Origin: Candidatus Poribacteria bacterium
GTDB taxonomy: Bacteria; Poribacteria; WGA-4E; WGA-3G
NCBI GenBank assembly: GCA_965247285.1
Contig: CBDFHD010000003.1
Span: 228,709-292,708 of the forward strand
Length of the DNA stretch: 64,000 bases
Direction of reading: 5' to 3'
Shown here: piece by piece, positions 29,027 to 38,796 of the stretch
Layout of the letters: every line of letters starts with the position of its first letter
How positions within the stretch are numbered: the first letter of the stretch is position 1
Notes under the pieces: generated by a model
Seen by the model: only the letters and a program-made list of their open reading frames with translations
Database searches by the model: none
Told to the model about the DNA's origin: nothing
Program-made: the position numbers and the translations under genes

Positions 29027-30442
29027 ATGAAAATCTATAACTCACTGAACCGGCAATTAGAGGATTTTGTACCACTAAATCCCGAACAGGTGTCTATTTA
29101 CAGTTGCGGTCCGACTGTTTACGATTACATTCACATGGGCAACGCACGCACGGCTTTAGTGACAGATATTATTCGACGTTATTTGGTATATAGTGGGTAC
29201 AAAGTCAAACTGGTTCAAAATCTGACAGATATTGATGACAAGATTATCAATCGTGCGGCAGAGTTAGGTGTCAGCGCAAAGCAGCTCGCACATCAGAACG
29301 GCGAAGCGTTCTTTGAGGATTCCCTACGCCTCGGTATCCATCCCGCAGATGTCCATCCAAAAGCAACCGAACACATTCCAGAGATGATAAGTTTAATTCA
29401 GATCCTGATTGATAAAGGGGCGGCTTATGTCATTGATGGAAGTGTTTATTACCGCGTGAATCAATTTGCTGAGTATGGGAAACTTTCCAATCGGAAGCCA
29501 GAGGATCTCCTCGCCGGTGCGCGGGTTGAAATTGATGAGCGGAAGGAGGATCCGCGGGATTTTGATATGTGGAAAGCTGCGAAGCCGGGTGAGCCTTCTT
29601 GGGAGAGCCCGTGGGGTAAAGGTAGACCCGGATGGCATATAGAATGTTCTGCAATGGCGATGAAACATCTCGGTGAGACTATTGATATCCATGCGGGTGG
29701 CGAAGATTTACAGTTCCCACACCATGAAAATGAGATAGCACAGAGCGAATTGGCGACGGGACACACCTTCGCACGTTACTGGATGCACGTTGCTTTTTTG
29801 AAGATTGATGGTAGGCGGATGGGCAAATCGGAACAGAATTTTATCCTGCTACGCGACGCACTCGACCATTATCCCACTGAGGTAATTCGTCATTTCCTGA
29901 TTTCGGCACACTACCGGCACCCACTTGACTACAATCCGGAGAGTTTGGTGAAATCGGAAGGGGCTCTCAGACGTTTGAACAACTGTTTGGATGCCTTGAA
30001 AAAGTACGATGGGCAGTTTAATGCGAGCGAAACCGAGACTTCGCCACTTCAGGATGCGATCCAAACGATGAAATCGCGGTTTACCGATGCTATGGATACA
30101 GACTTTAACACCGCGCAGGCACTCGGTGCTATTTTCACTCTTATTGGCGAAGTCAACAGATCGCTCAGCACTTCTGATGGAGCAGATGCTCCCGTTTTCG
30201 CACAAGCCTATCAAGCGTTGACTGAAACCTGTGAGGTGCTCGGGGTTTACAATTCGGATGCCCAAGATGACAACAACGTAGAGCAACGCGATCAACTCAT
30301 TGCGCTGTTGTTAGAGGTCCGACAGCAGGCTCGAAACCACAAAGATTGGGATACATCCGATAAAATTCGTGACAGGCTTAAAGAACTCAACATTGAAATT
30401 CAGGACACCCGCGAGGGGGCTACTTGGAAAATTATATCATGA
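29027..30442 (+). CDS. cysS: Cysteine--tRNA ligase
   Basis: MKIYNSL...SIYSCGPTVYDYIHMGNART carries the HIGH-type motif and KMGKS is also present. The real start is the ATG at 29027. The ORF track begins at a TTG at 28916 that overlaps ispF. Confidence 0.9.
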   Translation: MKIYNSLNRQLEDFVPLNPEQVSIYSCGPTVYDYIHMGNARTALVTDIIRRYLVYSGYKVKLVQNLTDIDDKIINRAAELGVSAKQLAHQNGEAFFEDSLRLGIHPADVHPKATEHIPEMISLIQILIDKGAAYVIDGSVYYRVNQFAEYGKLSNRKPEDLLAGARVEIDERKEDPRDFDMWKAAKPGEPSWESPWGKGRPGWHIECSAMAMKHLGETIDIHAGGEDLQFPHHENEIAQSELATGHTFARYWMHVAFLKIDGRRMGKSEQNFILLRDALDHYPTEVIRHFLISAHYRHPLDYNPESLVKSEGALRRLNNCLDALKKYDGQFNASETETSPLQDAIQTMKSRFTDAMDTDFNTAQALGAIFTLIGEVNRSLSTSDGADAPVFAQAYQALTETCEVLGVYNSDAQDDNNVEQRDQLIALLLEVRQQARNHKDWDTSDKIRDRLKELNIEIQDTREGATWKIIS

Positions 30443-30565
30443 TCTGGGGTGTTGGCGGTCCACAGTCTTGTTCGGATATGATATGTTCTAATCTCGTATA
30501 TAAGCGAACGGAATACCCGTAGCGCGATGGCTTGTGCCTGAGCGCGGTATCAAAGGAGAAAAAAG

Positions 30566-31207
30566 ATGATTTATCGATTCACTGCGTTTTTTTCACTGTT
30601 CTGCTTGGTTTCCGTTATTTTGGCAGGGTGCGCAGCACTTTTCTCGGAACAGGAGTGGAGCGAAAATTATGCCCTCATGGAAGGGGTACAGTCGACAAGC
30701 CCGCAGATAATTGATGGCAAGTTGAACACTATCGGTGAAACCACCTTCCCCGCAGGCTCACAGGGATTCGTTGGCGCGAACCCCGCTTCACAGGTACTGA
30801 TTACGTTGCCGGAAAAAAAGACTATCCGTCGGATTGTCATACATTCAGATAATTTAAGTGAGTTTGATATTTACGCCGATAAAGGTAGCATTGCAGTTGA
30901 TGCGGACTGGCAGTTAATTAAGGACGTAAGGAGTGTCAAAGAGAATCCAATTAAGATTTCACTGCTGATTCCGTTTCCGACAGATCGAATTCGGTTGCGC
31001 GTTTTAGGCACGAAAGATGACGCGCTCTTGAGCCGACAGGAACGGGCACGTTCTGGCGGCAGAGGGTGGAATATCGGGAGTCGGCGTGCTGTTGGGAAAA
31101 TTCGAGAGATTGAACTTTACGGCTATAAAACCGCTGAACAGATGGAAGAGGCACAGGTGACCGATAAGCGTGAAAAAGAACTTGATGATTTGCTTGATTT
31201 AGAGTAA
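30566..31207 (+). CDS. Lipoprotein with an F5/8 type C (discoidin, galactose-binding-like) domain
   Basis: A signal peptide with lipobox LAGC is present. The domain shows IDGKLNTIGET and ends ...GKIREIELYGY, typical of discoidin domains. Confidence 0.55.
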   Translation: MIYRFTAFFSLFCLVSVILAGCAALFSEQEWSENYALMEGVQSTSPQIIDGKLNTIGETTFPAGSQGFVGANPASQVLITLPEKKTIRRIVIHSDNLSEFDIYADKGSIAVDADWQLIKDVRSVKENPIKISLLIPFPTDRIRLRVLGTKDDALLSRQERARSGGRGWNIGSRRAVGKIREIELYGYKTAEQMEEAQVTDKREKELDDLLDLE

Positions 31208-31312
31208 TATGGAACTCAATATCAAGGTGGCTATTTCTTCTATAATGCCGCCTCAATTTCATATTGTAAGGAGCGGCATCTGTGCCGTTTCAAGGCAACA
31301 AGGAGGCTATAC

Positions 31313-31903
31313 ATGCGTTTTGGATTATTGATACTGACCCTCTGTGTGGTGATTGGGATGTCGGGCTGTATTCTCGCGTCAAATCCGGCATATAACTGGA
31401 GCAAGAACATCGCAATGGATGCGACCAGTGAGGATACGAAATTCCATGACGACAATATCCACACCGTGGGCGAAACCGGTCCTATTCTCGAAGATGAGAA
31501 GGATATAAGATCCCAAGAGGAATCTGATAAATTCACCGAAGCCGTTCTCAGATGGCGGCAGCCGCAGACGATTCAACAGGTTGTGGTGAAATCCGAACCG
31601 GGTCAAATGGAATACTTCTCTGTTCAGTACATGAATGAAGAGGGGAAATGGGTTACGGTGAAAGAAGTCAAGGACAACATGCGGCCTATGTACCGATTCA
31701 CCTTGCACAATCCGATTGTGACAACTAAGTTTCGTCTGAAGGTGCCACGCCGTTGGGAATCGCGTCGGGTCGGTGGGCAGAAACGCTCAACCCGTGGTGA
31801 AACTGGGGCACCCAGTATGCAAGAATATAAAAAGATTCAGGAAATCGAACTCTATTACGCGCTTCCACCGGATCCGATGGAAGCAGGAACAGCCGAACAG
31901 TAG
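31313..31903 (+). CDS. Lipoprotein with a discoidin-like domain (paralog of 30566..31207)
   Basis: It has lipobox MSGC, the motif DDNIHTVGETG and the ending ...KIQEIELYYA. The domain order matches the preceding gene. Confidence 0.55.
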   Translation: MRFGLLILTLCVVIGMSGCILASNPAYNWSKNIAMDATSEDTKFHDDNIHTVGETGPILEDEKDIRSQEESDKFTEAVLRWRQPQTIQQVVVKSEPGQMEYFSVQYMNEEGKWVTVKEVKDNMRPMYRFTLHNPIVTTKFRLKVPRRWESRRVGGQKRSTRGETGAPSMQEYKKIQEIELYYALPPDPMEAGTAEQ

Positions 31904-32019
31904 TCGTCTTTTTTGGTCAGAGCATTTTGCGAGCGTGCCTTTCTTCTACGGACGCGCTTACAAAATGCTCTTATCAGTGGAAGCCTCAATCATATAATAC
32001 ATCGCGCAGGGTGGAAAAG

Positions 32020-33234
32020 ATGCTGTCTAACGAGACAATCAGTCTAATTCATTTAAATCTTATTCAGGGTGTGGGACTCAAAACCGTTCAAGTCTTGCGT
32101 GATGTCTTTGGTAGTACAGAGAGGGCACTTCAAGCAACATCGGACGAACTGAGAAAAATAGACCTGCTTTCACCGACGGTGTGTGATCTCTTAATTCACA
32201 AGCCCGTTTTGTACCCAATAGAACGTGAGCTTGAATTGATACACAAATATGGTTGTCAGATTGTAACACTCTATGATGCCGCATATCCGCCCCACTTGAA
32301 GGAGATTGACACACCACCGTTTGTGCTGTATGTAAAAGGGAAACTCACGCCTGAAGACGCGCTTAGCATTTCCCTCGTCGGTTCTCGAAACGCTAAAGAT
32401 TACGGGCGAAAGGTGAGTTACCGCTTGAGTTACCAACTCGCACAGCGAGGCGTAACTGTCATTAGTGGTTTAGCGAAGGGCATTGATACTTTAGCACATC
32501 GTGGGGCACTTGAAGCAGGGGGTAGAACAATTGCCGTAATGGGAAACGGGTTGAGTATCGTTTATCCTGCGACAAATAGCAACCTCGCTGAGAAAATTGA
32601 AGCATCCGGGGCATTGGTTTCCGAATTCCCAATGGCAGCCAGACCGAAGTCGAGAAACTTCCCACGTCGTAACCGTATCATTAGTGGATTGACGCTTGGA
32701 ACTGTTGTGGTAGAGGCATCAAACCGGAGTGGAGCGTTGATTACCGCCCGTCTCGCCGCTGAACAGAACAGAGAGGTGTTCGCAGTACCGGGTGAGATTT
32801 TTTCTGAACTCTCAGCGGGTACCCACAAATTAATTAATGACGGTGCGAAACTCATCAACACTGTGGATGATCTGCTCAATGAACTGTCTCCATACGTATT
32901 AAATCAAATCCAGTCTCAAGCATCACCAATACTGGTGCCAGATATGGAGGCAGAGCCTCCGCAAGCATCTCCTGTTGAGAAGGGCGATACGAAACTTGTG
33001 TCCACACAAGCTTCCTCAGAAGCCCGACAACCTGTCTCTACGCCACCTCCACCGGATTTAACGCCAGATGAGAAGACGATTTTTGACGCTATCGAAGTGC
33101 CATCATCACATATTGATACCATTGTTCGGGCGACACAACTGCCGATTGGTCAGATCTCAAGTGTACTTTTGATGTTGGAGCTCAAAGGGGTCGTTCAGCA
33201 ACTCCCGGGGAAGCAATTCACTAAGAATGGTTAG
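32020..33234 (+). CDS. dprA: DNA-processing protein DprA (Smf)
   Basis: The Rossmann-like DprA core LVGSRNAKDYG...ISGLAKGIDTLAHRGALEAGGRTIAVMGNGL is present. A Pro-rich linker and a C-terminal winged-helix-like extension follow. GGTGGA precedes the ATG at 32020. Confidence 0.85.
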   Translation: MLSNETISLIHLNLIQGVGLKTVQVLRDVFGSTERALQATSDELRKIDLLSPTVCDLLIHKPVLYPIERELELIHKYGCQIVTLYDAAYPPHLKEIDTPPFVLYVKGKLTPEDALSISLVGSRNAKDYGRKVSYRLSYQLAQRGVTVISGLAKGIDTLAHRGALEAGGRTIAVMGNGLSIVYPATNSNLAEKIEASGALVSEFPMAARPKSRNFPRRNRIISGLTLGTVVVEASNRSGALITARLAAEQNREVFAVPGEIFSELSAGTHKLINDGAKLINTVDDLLNELSPYVLNQIQSQASPILVPDMEAEPPQASPVEKGDTKLVSTQASSEARQPVSTPPPPDLTPDEKTIFDAIEVPSSHIDTIVRATQLPIGQISSVLLMLELKGVVQQLPGKQFTKNG

Positions 33235-33263
33235 AAATATAACTATTGACGAACCAAAGAAAT

Positions 33264-34352
33264 ATGAAGATACTCGGCATTGACACCTCATGTGATGAAA
33301 CCGCTGCTGCAGTTGTTGCTGATGGTAGGGAAGTACTTTCCAACATTGTTGCTTCGCAGGTTGAAACACACCAAGAATATGGTGGCGTTGTACCGGAACT
33401 CGCATCGCGCAAACATATTGAAGCGATTAACTACATTGTGAGTAGATCGTTGGCAGAGGCGGGTGTCACATTTAAGGACTTGGAAGCGATCGCAGTGACA
33501 AATCGTCCCGGCTTAATCGGGGCGTTGCTTGTTGGGGTTGCTGCGGCGAAAAGCCTTGCCTATTGCCACAATCTGCCGTTGCTCGGTATCAATCACATTG
33601 AAGGACATATCTATGCACCCTTTTTGGCACTGCTTGCAAGCCAAAACTTGCTATCGAAACGTATGGTGCATGATGCCCTACCATTTCCACATATCTGCCT
33701 CACGGTTTCTGGCGGGCATACGTTGCTTGTCGAAGTTCATGAGGGGTGGCAATACAAGGTATTGGGGAGCACACAAGACGATGCCGCCGGTGAAGTCTAC
33801 GATAAGGTCGCGAAATACCTCGGACTCGGTTTCCCGGGCGGAAAAGTGATTGATGACCTCGCACAGAAAGGTAACCCTTCGGCGGTGAAATTTCCAAGAC
33901 CGATGCGAAATACCGACGACTACCAATTCAGTTTTAGCGGTATCAAGACTTCAGTGCGCTATTTTGTTGAGAAAGCGCGACGGGCAGGTCTACTTGTGGA
34001 GAATGGACAACAGGATGTGAAGCCTACAAACCCTGATATGATAACTATCGAAGATATTGCTGCCAGTTTTCAAGCGGCTGTCGTGGATGTCCTTGTCTAC
34101 AAATCGCTGCGCGCAGTGAAAGCCACCGGTGCTGCGGCTATAACGTTGACGGGTGGCGTTGCTGCGAACAGTCATCTGCGTGCTTCGCTAAAACTCGCCG
34201 CTGCGGAGATTGGTGCAGAAGTCTACTATCCACCGATGAACCTGTGTACGGATAACGGCGCAATGATTGCGGGAATCGCTTACCAGAAATATCAGCAAGG
34301 GCTCCGAGATGGACTCTCTCTAAATGCTACTCCCAAGGGTTCTATTTTTTAA
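33264..34352 (+). CDS. tsaD: tRNA N6-adenosine threonylcarbamoyltransferase
   Basis: The Kae1/TsaD motifs MKILGIDTSCDETAAAVV, GINHIEGHI and VSGGVAAN are present. Confidence 0.9.
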   Translation: MKILGIDTSCDETAAAVVADGREVLSNIVASQVETHQEYGGVVPELASRKHIEAINYIVSRSLAEAGVTFKDLEAIAVTNRPGLIGALLVGVAAAKSLAYCHNLPLLGINHIEGHIYAPFLALLASQNLLSKRMVHDALPFPHICLTVSGGHTLLVEVHEGWQYKVLGSTQDDAAGEVYDKVAKYLGLGFPGGKVIDDLAQKGNPSAVKFPRPMRNTDDYQFSFSGIKTSVRYFVEKARRAGLLVENGQQDVKPTNPDMITIEDIAASFQAAVVDVLVYKSLRAVKATGAAAITLTGGVAANSHLRASLKLAAAEIGAEVYYPPMNLCTDNGAMIAGIAYQKYQQGLRDGLSLNATPKGSIF

Positions 34353-34464
34353 TTATACCTTGCGGAGTAATAACGTGCGTTAAATCTATGACGCACCTTC
34401 CATCTATCCGCTCTCCATTACATTACGGGCTACGGTTACGAAAATTAACTTAATTATTCTACCT

Positions 34465-34570
34465 CGTTCCTCAACGATAGCCTGCAACAACGGCGCAGGC
34501 GACCCAAGAGAAAGGCACTCCTGGCATGAATCCTACTTTATTACTCCGCAAGGAAAAGTTAAAAAAAGCC
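34465..34570 (+). repeat. Leader repeat L4, a shorter variant overlapping the tsaC start
   Basis: CGTTCCTCAACGATAGCCTGCAACAACGGCGCAGGCGA...CTCCGCAAGGAAAAGTTAAAAAAAG is present. It lacks the TATAATTAAAAAAACG insert found in the L1-L3 copies. Confidence 0.55.
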
Positions 34571-35155
34571 GTAAGATGCCTAAAATCAGGTGGTATTGTC
34601 GCTATCCCCACCGATACAGTTTACGGACTCGGAGCCGACCCGTTTAATGCGGATGCCGTGCAAAAACTCTACATGGTCAAGGGACGACCGGACGGGAAGC
34701 CGATTCCGCTCGTGCTCAGTTCGGTCACAGATATCCATCGCGTCTCTCAAAACCTACCAGATTTCTTCTTCCACCTCACAGACCGGTTTTGGCCCGGCGG
34801 TTTGACTATCGTTATTGAAAGTAAAGGATTGCTGCCAGTGTTGACCGCTGGAGGTGGCACCGTCGGGGTACGGATTCCAAACAATCCACTGCTTTTGAAA
34901 ATTCTCCAAACGTTTGGTGGACCGATGGCAATAACGAGCGCGAATCTCTCTGGAGAACCGCCAGCCACCTCTGCCCAAGAAATTGGTGGAGAACTCGCCT
35001 CACGAATTGATATGATAGTCGATGGAGGGAAGACCCCGGGTCCCATTCCTTCTACAGTTTATGACATTTCTGTCTCACCGCCACTGGTTCGGCGACACGG
35101 CGTGATTTCAGAAGAAACACTCGTCAAGGAGCTCGCGTGCTACAACAAGCCTTAA
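34526..35155 (+). CDS. tsaC: L-threonylcarbamoyladenylate synthase (TsaC/YrdC/Sua5 family)
   Basis: The YrdC fold motifs GGIVAIPTDTVYGLGADPFNADAVQKLYMVKGRP are present. The first ~12 codons derive from leader repeat L4. Confidence 0.8.
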   Translation: MNPTLLLRKEKLKKAVRCLKSGGIVAIPTDTVYGLGADPFNADAVQKLYMVKGRPDGKPIPLVLSSVTDIHRVSQNLPDFFFHLTDRFWPGGLTIVIESKGLLPVLTAGGGTVGVRIPNNPLLLKILQTFGGPMAITSANLSGEPPATSAQEIGGELASRIDMIVDGGKTPGPIPSTVYDISVSPPLVRRHGVISEETLVKELACYNKP

Positions 35156-35721
35156 AGCAACTGCTTCAATTCTTAGCTACTCCCACCGGAAATTCGGCTC
35201 TACTTGGCTTAATTAGTTTTGTAGCATTAGCAATCGTCTATAACAGGAAAAAACAGATTCCGGGGTTGACAGTAGAGATTATCCCTGAAGATACATGGTT
35301 TATCAACCGCGACGATAACCATCGCCTCGCTATCGTTGTGTCGTTGCACCTGATTAACAAATCAGCCGCACCTATCCGGATTCGGAAATGTAAACTGAGT
35401 GGATATTCACCGAAGCCTCCCCCCGAAAAACTGCTTTTACAGGGACATGATACGAGTATTGAACTTGAGTACCCGAAGCATGACTTTTTTGTTGACGTAG
35501 GTGGACATCCTTCTGAACATACTTCGGAGTACGTTCTGAACCCTTATACCGAGCAACGCATGTGGGCTTTTTATCACTCCGGCATTGTTACGATGACAAA
35601 TATGCTGCGCGCACCCATTGTACTCAGGGATGTGAATCGGAAACGCAAGTCTATCCAAGTGGTTGTGCCTCGCAATATGGAACAGATTCAACTCTATCGC
35701 GAGGCAGCGACGCGGTGGTAA
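35137..35721 (+). CDS. Hypothetical membrane-anchored protein
   Basis: A GTG start follows AAGGAG by 5 nt and overlaps the end of tsaC. There is one N-terminal TM helix. I see no similarity to a known family. Confidence 0.5.
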   Translation: MLQQALKQLLQFLATPTGNSALLGLISFVALAIVYNRKKQIPGLTVEIIPEDTWFINRDDNHRLAIVVSLHLINKSAAPIRIRKCKLSGYSPKPPPEKLLLQGHDTSIELEYPKHDFFVDVGGHPSEHTSEYVLNPYTEQRMWAFYHSGIVTMTNMLRAPIVLRDVNRKRKSIQVVVPRNMEQIQLYREAATRW

Positions 35722-35722
35722 T

Positions 35723-36766
35723 TTAATCGAGTTCGGACAGTTTAACAGTTTTGCCGCTTGCTTCTGCCGACATATCAGAGGCAAAGACAACGCGATGCGT
35801 TTCAAACGCCGTGTCAAAGTCGGTCAGCGGCATCGGTTCATTTCGTCTGATGCTGTCTATGAATGCTTGGAATTGCGGCTCATACGGATGGTCGCTGACA
35901 TCACCAGAGTCAATGAGCGAGGTCTCAAGCGTACTCCATCTGCTCTTATCCATACCTTGAAGTTTCGCGGAATAGATGCGGTTGTCGAGTAGACTTCCCT
36001 CGCTTCCGACGAGGTGGATATGGAAATAGTAAGGCTGTAAGCAATCGACACAAGAGGTGACTTTGCCAATTTTTCCACCACCTTCAAACTTAAGGAGACT
36101 GACGCTCGTTGTCTTATATTCGTAGGGTTGAAAATATGCGCCTGTGGATTGCGTGTGGTAACTTGTTACCTCTTCAACGTTCCCATCCATAAAAAAGAGG
36201 AGGGCATCGAGCGCATGACATCCGGCAGTAAGTAGGGTGCTACCGCCAAAGTCCTTTTTGATGTTCCATTCGTATTGTCCGTACCAAGGTCCGATGCCGT
36301 GGTAATAGTCGACTTCGGCGTAGTGGAGTTCACCGAGCAATCCGTTGTCGATTACAGAGCGGATCATCGTAAAATGCGCGCTGTATCTACACTCAAAGCA
36401 GACACACACGTTGACACCTGTACTTTTGACAGCATCACGGATAGTTTTCGCATCTTCGTATGTGAGGCAGATCGGTTTTTCTATGATGAGGTGTTTTCCC
36501 GCCTGAGCAGCGGCAATGGCTTGTTCGGCATGAAACGGATGTGGCGTACAAATATCGATGATGTGGACATCCGGGTCCGCAAGCATTTTGTCAAAATCGG
36601 TATAAGCTTTGAGGGGTGTCCCGTATGTCTCTGCCAATACTGATTCATTGTGTTCTCGACGTGAACAGATGGCGGTGACATCTGAACCTGTAACGGCTTT
36701 GAGGGCTTCGATGTGGGCACCGGCTACCCAACCGAGCCCGACAATTCCAACGTTTAAATTATCCAT
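35723..36766 (-). CDS. Gfo/Idh/MocA-family NAD(P)-dependent oxidoreductase
   Basis: The Rossmann N-terminus [22 protein letters not shown] is present. AAGGAG lies 8 nt before the ATG at 36766, so the ORF track's 26-codon N-terminal extension is unlikely. Confidence 0.85.
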   Translation of the reverse strand: MDNLNVGIVGLGWVAGAHIEALKAVTGSDVTAICSRREHNESVLAETYGTPLKAYTDFDKMLADPDVHIIDICTPHPFHAEQAIAAAQAGKHLIIEKPICLTYEDAKTIRDAVKSTGVNVCVCFECRYSAHFTMIRSVIDNGLLGELHYAEVDYYHGIGPWYGQYEWNIKKDFGGSTLLTAGCHALDALLFFMDGNVEEVTSYHTQSTGAYFQPYEYKTTSVSLLKFEGGGKIGKVTSCVDCLQPYYFHIHLVGSEGSLLDNRIYSAKLQGMDKSRWSTLETSLIDSGDVSDHPYEPQFQAFIDSIRRNEPMPLTDFDTAFETHRVVFASDMSAEASGKTVKLSELD

Positions 36767-36869
36767 TTTACGGCTCCTTTGAGTCCCGTAAGCGCTGGCG
36801 AGCGTAGCTTGTTGAGCATATACTGATAAAATCCAAACGCACACGGGTAATTGAAAACATTATATCACG

Positions 36870-38395
36870 GATATGGATTTGTCAACTACCCAAGCCTAAA
36901 GACTTGGGCTTGTGACGACAGACAACGTGAGTTGTATTGCGTCAGTCAAGTCCAAGTCTCGTGCTTCGTTCTTGTTTCTCGCTTCAGTGAGGGTGGTAAC
37001 CCACCGCTCTCCACGAAGGGCAGCAGCTGCCCTGAAAAGTATGTTTTGTGCAGCGTTGTGGTCTCGGTCAAGCGAGTTGCCACAAAACTGACAGTTAAAG
37101 GTTCTCACCGATAAGGATAACTTTTTCGGTGCTTTTTTACCGCAGCAGGAGCAGGTCTGCGAAGTATTCTTGGGGTTAACTTGGTGGAAATGCAAGCCGT
37201 CTCTTTCGGCTATGCTTGCACACCACTCAAAGAAGATTCCCCAAGAAGCATCGCTGATACTCTTACTGAGGTGTTTGTTCTTTACCATGTTAGACACGCG
37301 CAAATCCTCTGCCACTAATACATTGTTTTTGTAATGGTGGTAGAGTTTATAGGTGAGTTTCCCAATAAAGTCTTTTCGCTTATTTGCCGTCCGCTCGTGA
37401 TGAATTCCGACAGTGTGAACGGCTTTTTGCCAGCGGTGGCTACCCTTTTTTCGGCGCGACTGCGTTTGCTGGTGCTTATGCAATAGCCCTTCTGCTTTGC
37501 GATACCAACGGGGGTTGTCAATCTTTTCACCGTCAGAAGTCGTCAGGTAGTGGGTTGTCCCCATGTCAACACCGATAGCGTCTGCTGATTCAACCTTCGG
37601 AGTTTCACCTATTTCACAGGAGATATGGGCATACCAGCCAGACGCTTTTTTGACGAGGGTGACTTCTTTCGGGTCACCGACAATCGGACGGTGCATGCGT
37701 ATCTTGACTTCACCTAACTTTGGCACTTTCAAGCGGTTGTGTCTAAAATCGGTCTCTATTATGGGGGTCTCGCGAACGCGTAGTGTCTGTTTGTCAGTGT
37801 CTTTTGTCTTTTTACGAACTACTTTGATATATTTGCGTAGACTCCATGTTAGAGAACGCACACGCTTTTTATAGCGAGGGTATCCTTTTCTAGCAGCGTT
37901 TTCTTTACAACGTTTACGGAAGTTCGCAAACGCTTTGTCGTTCCGCCTCAAAGCATGGTTCTGAAAATCTTGTGGCACTTCGCGGAAGTCGTCGTATTTC
38001 TCACGCGCTGCCGTCAAAAGTACCTGTTGCTCATTTAGCGTGACAAAAGCACCTTCCGTTTCATACGCGACGAGCCTATCATGACGCGCAGAGTTCTGAA
38101 GTTCGCAAAGGTGGTCAAGCCACTCTAATAATGTTTCTTCCTGCGTTTGCGTAGGATACACAGGATATCTAAATGTTAATCGCATGGTATATCACGTATC
38201 ACGTCTTTAACCCCTAATCAGTGGGTAGGCAGACACGCTACCAAGCGGTAACGCTGATTATGTCTGCCAACGTGATATTCTAATTATACTACATTTTTAA
38301 CTAAATGTCAAATCTTTTTTGGGCGGCTTGGTCCTTTCTAATAGGGCGGTTTTTCCTCCCAAACCTAAAGGATTGGGAGGAAAAACCGACTATTC
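36870..38395 (-). mobile_element. IS200/IS605-family insertion sequence, tnpB-only (IS1341-like)
   Basis: A standalone tnpB gene is flanked by end-like hairpins. The left end at 38230-38272 has GGCAGACAC...GTGTCTGCC, and a perfect 14-bp stem lies at 38345-38392. The right-end hairpin CCCAAGTCTTTAGGCTTGGG lies near 36905-36925. No tnpA is present. The boundaries are approximate. Confidence 0.6.
36896..38185 (-). CDS. tnpB: TnpB (IS605 OrfB) RNA-guided endonuclease-family transposase accessory protein
   Basis: The RuvC-like motifs GVDMGTTHYLTTSDG and VLVAEDLRVSNM and a C-terminal zinc ribbon CSCCG...CQFCGNSLDRDHNAAQNI are present. Confidence 0.85.
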   Translation of the reverse strand: MRLTFRYPVYPTQTQEETLLEWLDHLCELQNSARHDRLVAYETEGAFVTLNEQQVLLTAAREKYDDFREVPQDFQNHALRRNDKAFANFRKRCKENAARKGYPRYKKRVRSLTWSLRKYIKVVRKKTKDTDKQTLRVRETPIIETDFRHNRLKVPKLGEVKIRMHRPIVGDPKEVTLVKKASGWYAHISCEIGETPKVESADAIGVDMGTTHYLTTSDGEKIDNPRWYRKAEGLLHKHQQTQSRRKKGSHRWQKAVHTVGIHHERTANKRKDFIGKLTYKLYHHYKNNVLVAEDLRVSNMVKNKHLSKSISDASWGIFFEWCASIAERDGLHFHQVNPKNTSQTCSCCGKKAPKKLSLSVRTFNCQFCGNSLDRDHNAAQNILFRAAAALRGERWVTTLTEARNKNEARDLDLTDAIQLTLSVVTSPSL

Positions 38396-38638
38396 CCTTG
38401 AGAGGAAAATTGCAGACACGTTCAGTTCTTCTGTAGCGATGATCTCGATATCGCGGCTTATCCGATACAATCGACAGAAAACTGGAGGCTAAATGGCTCT
38501 GGAAAAATAGGTTGATATAATTTTGGTTTTCCTATATAATTAACGGTAAAGAAATATTGGCTTCATTTTAAAAATCAGTTGGTAGGTGCCGGTCTGGGAG
38601 GGAATCGGAACCCTCTTCGCATTGGCACGACAAATACT

Positions 38639-38667
38639 TTGACGTGAGAAAAGAAATATGCTATAAT
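38639..38667 (+). promoter_or_regulatory. Sigma70-like promoter of guaB
   Basis: TTGACG is separated by 17 nt from TATAAT. Confidence 0.5.
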
Positions 38668-38796
38668 ATGTGGGAATTGGAGAACAACACTGTTTTCAGG
38701 TAAACGTGCGATATGGGACACCGCAAGCGATGTTACTATACATCGTTTCTGAACCTATCCTATCCATCTCAACCCGCAATGAAGGAGACGATTCTG

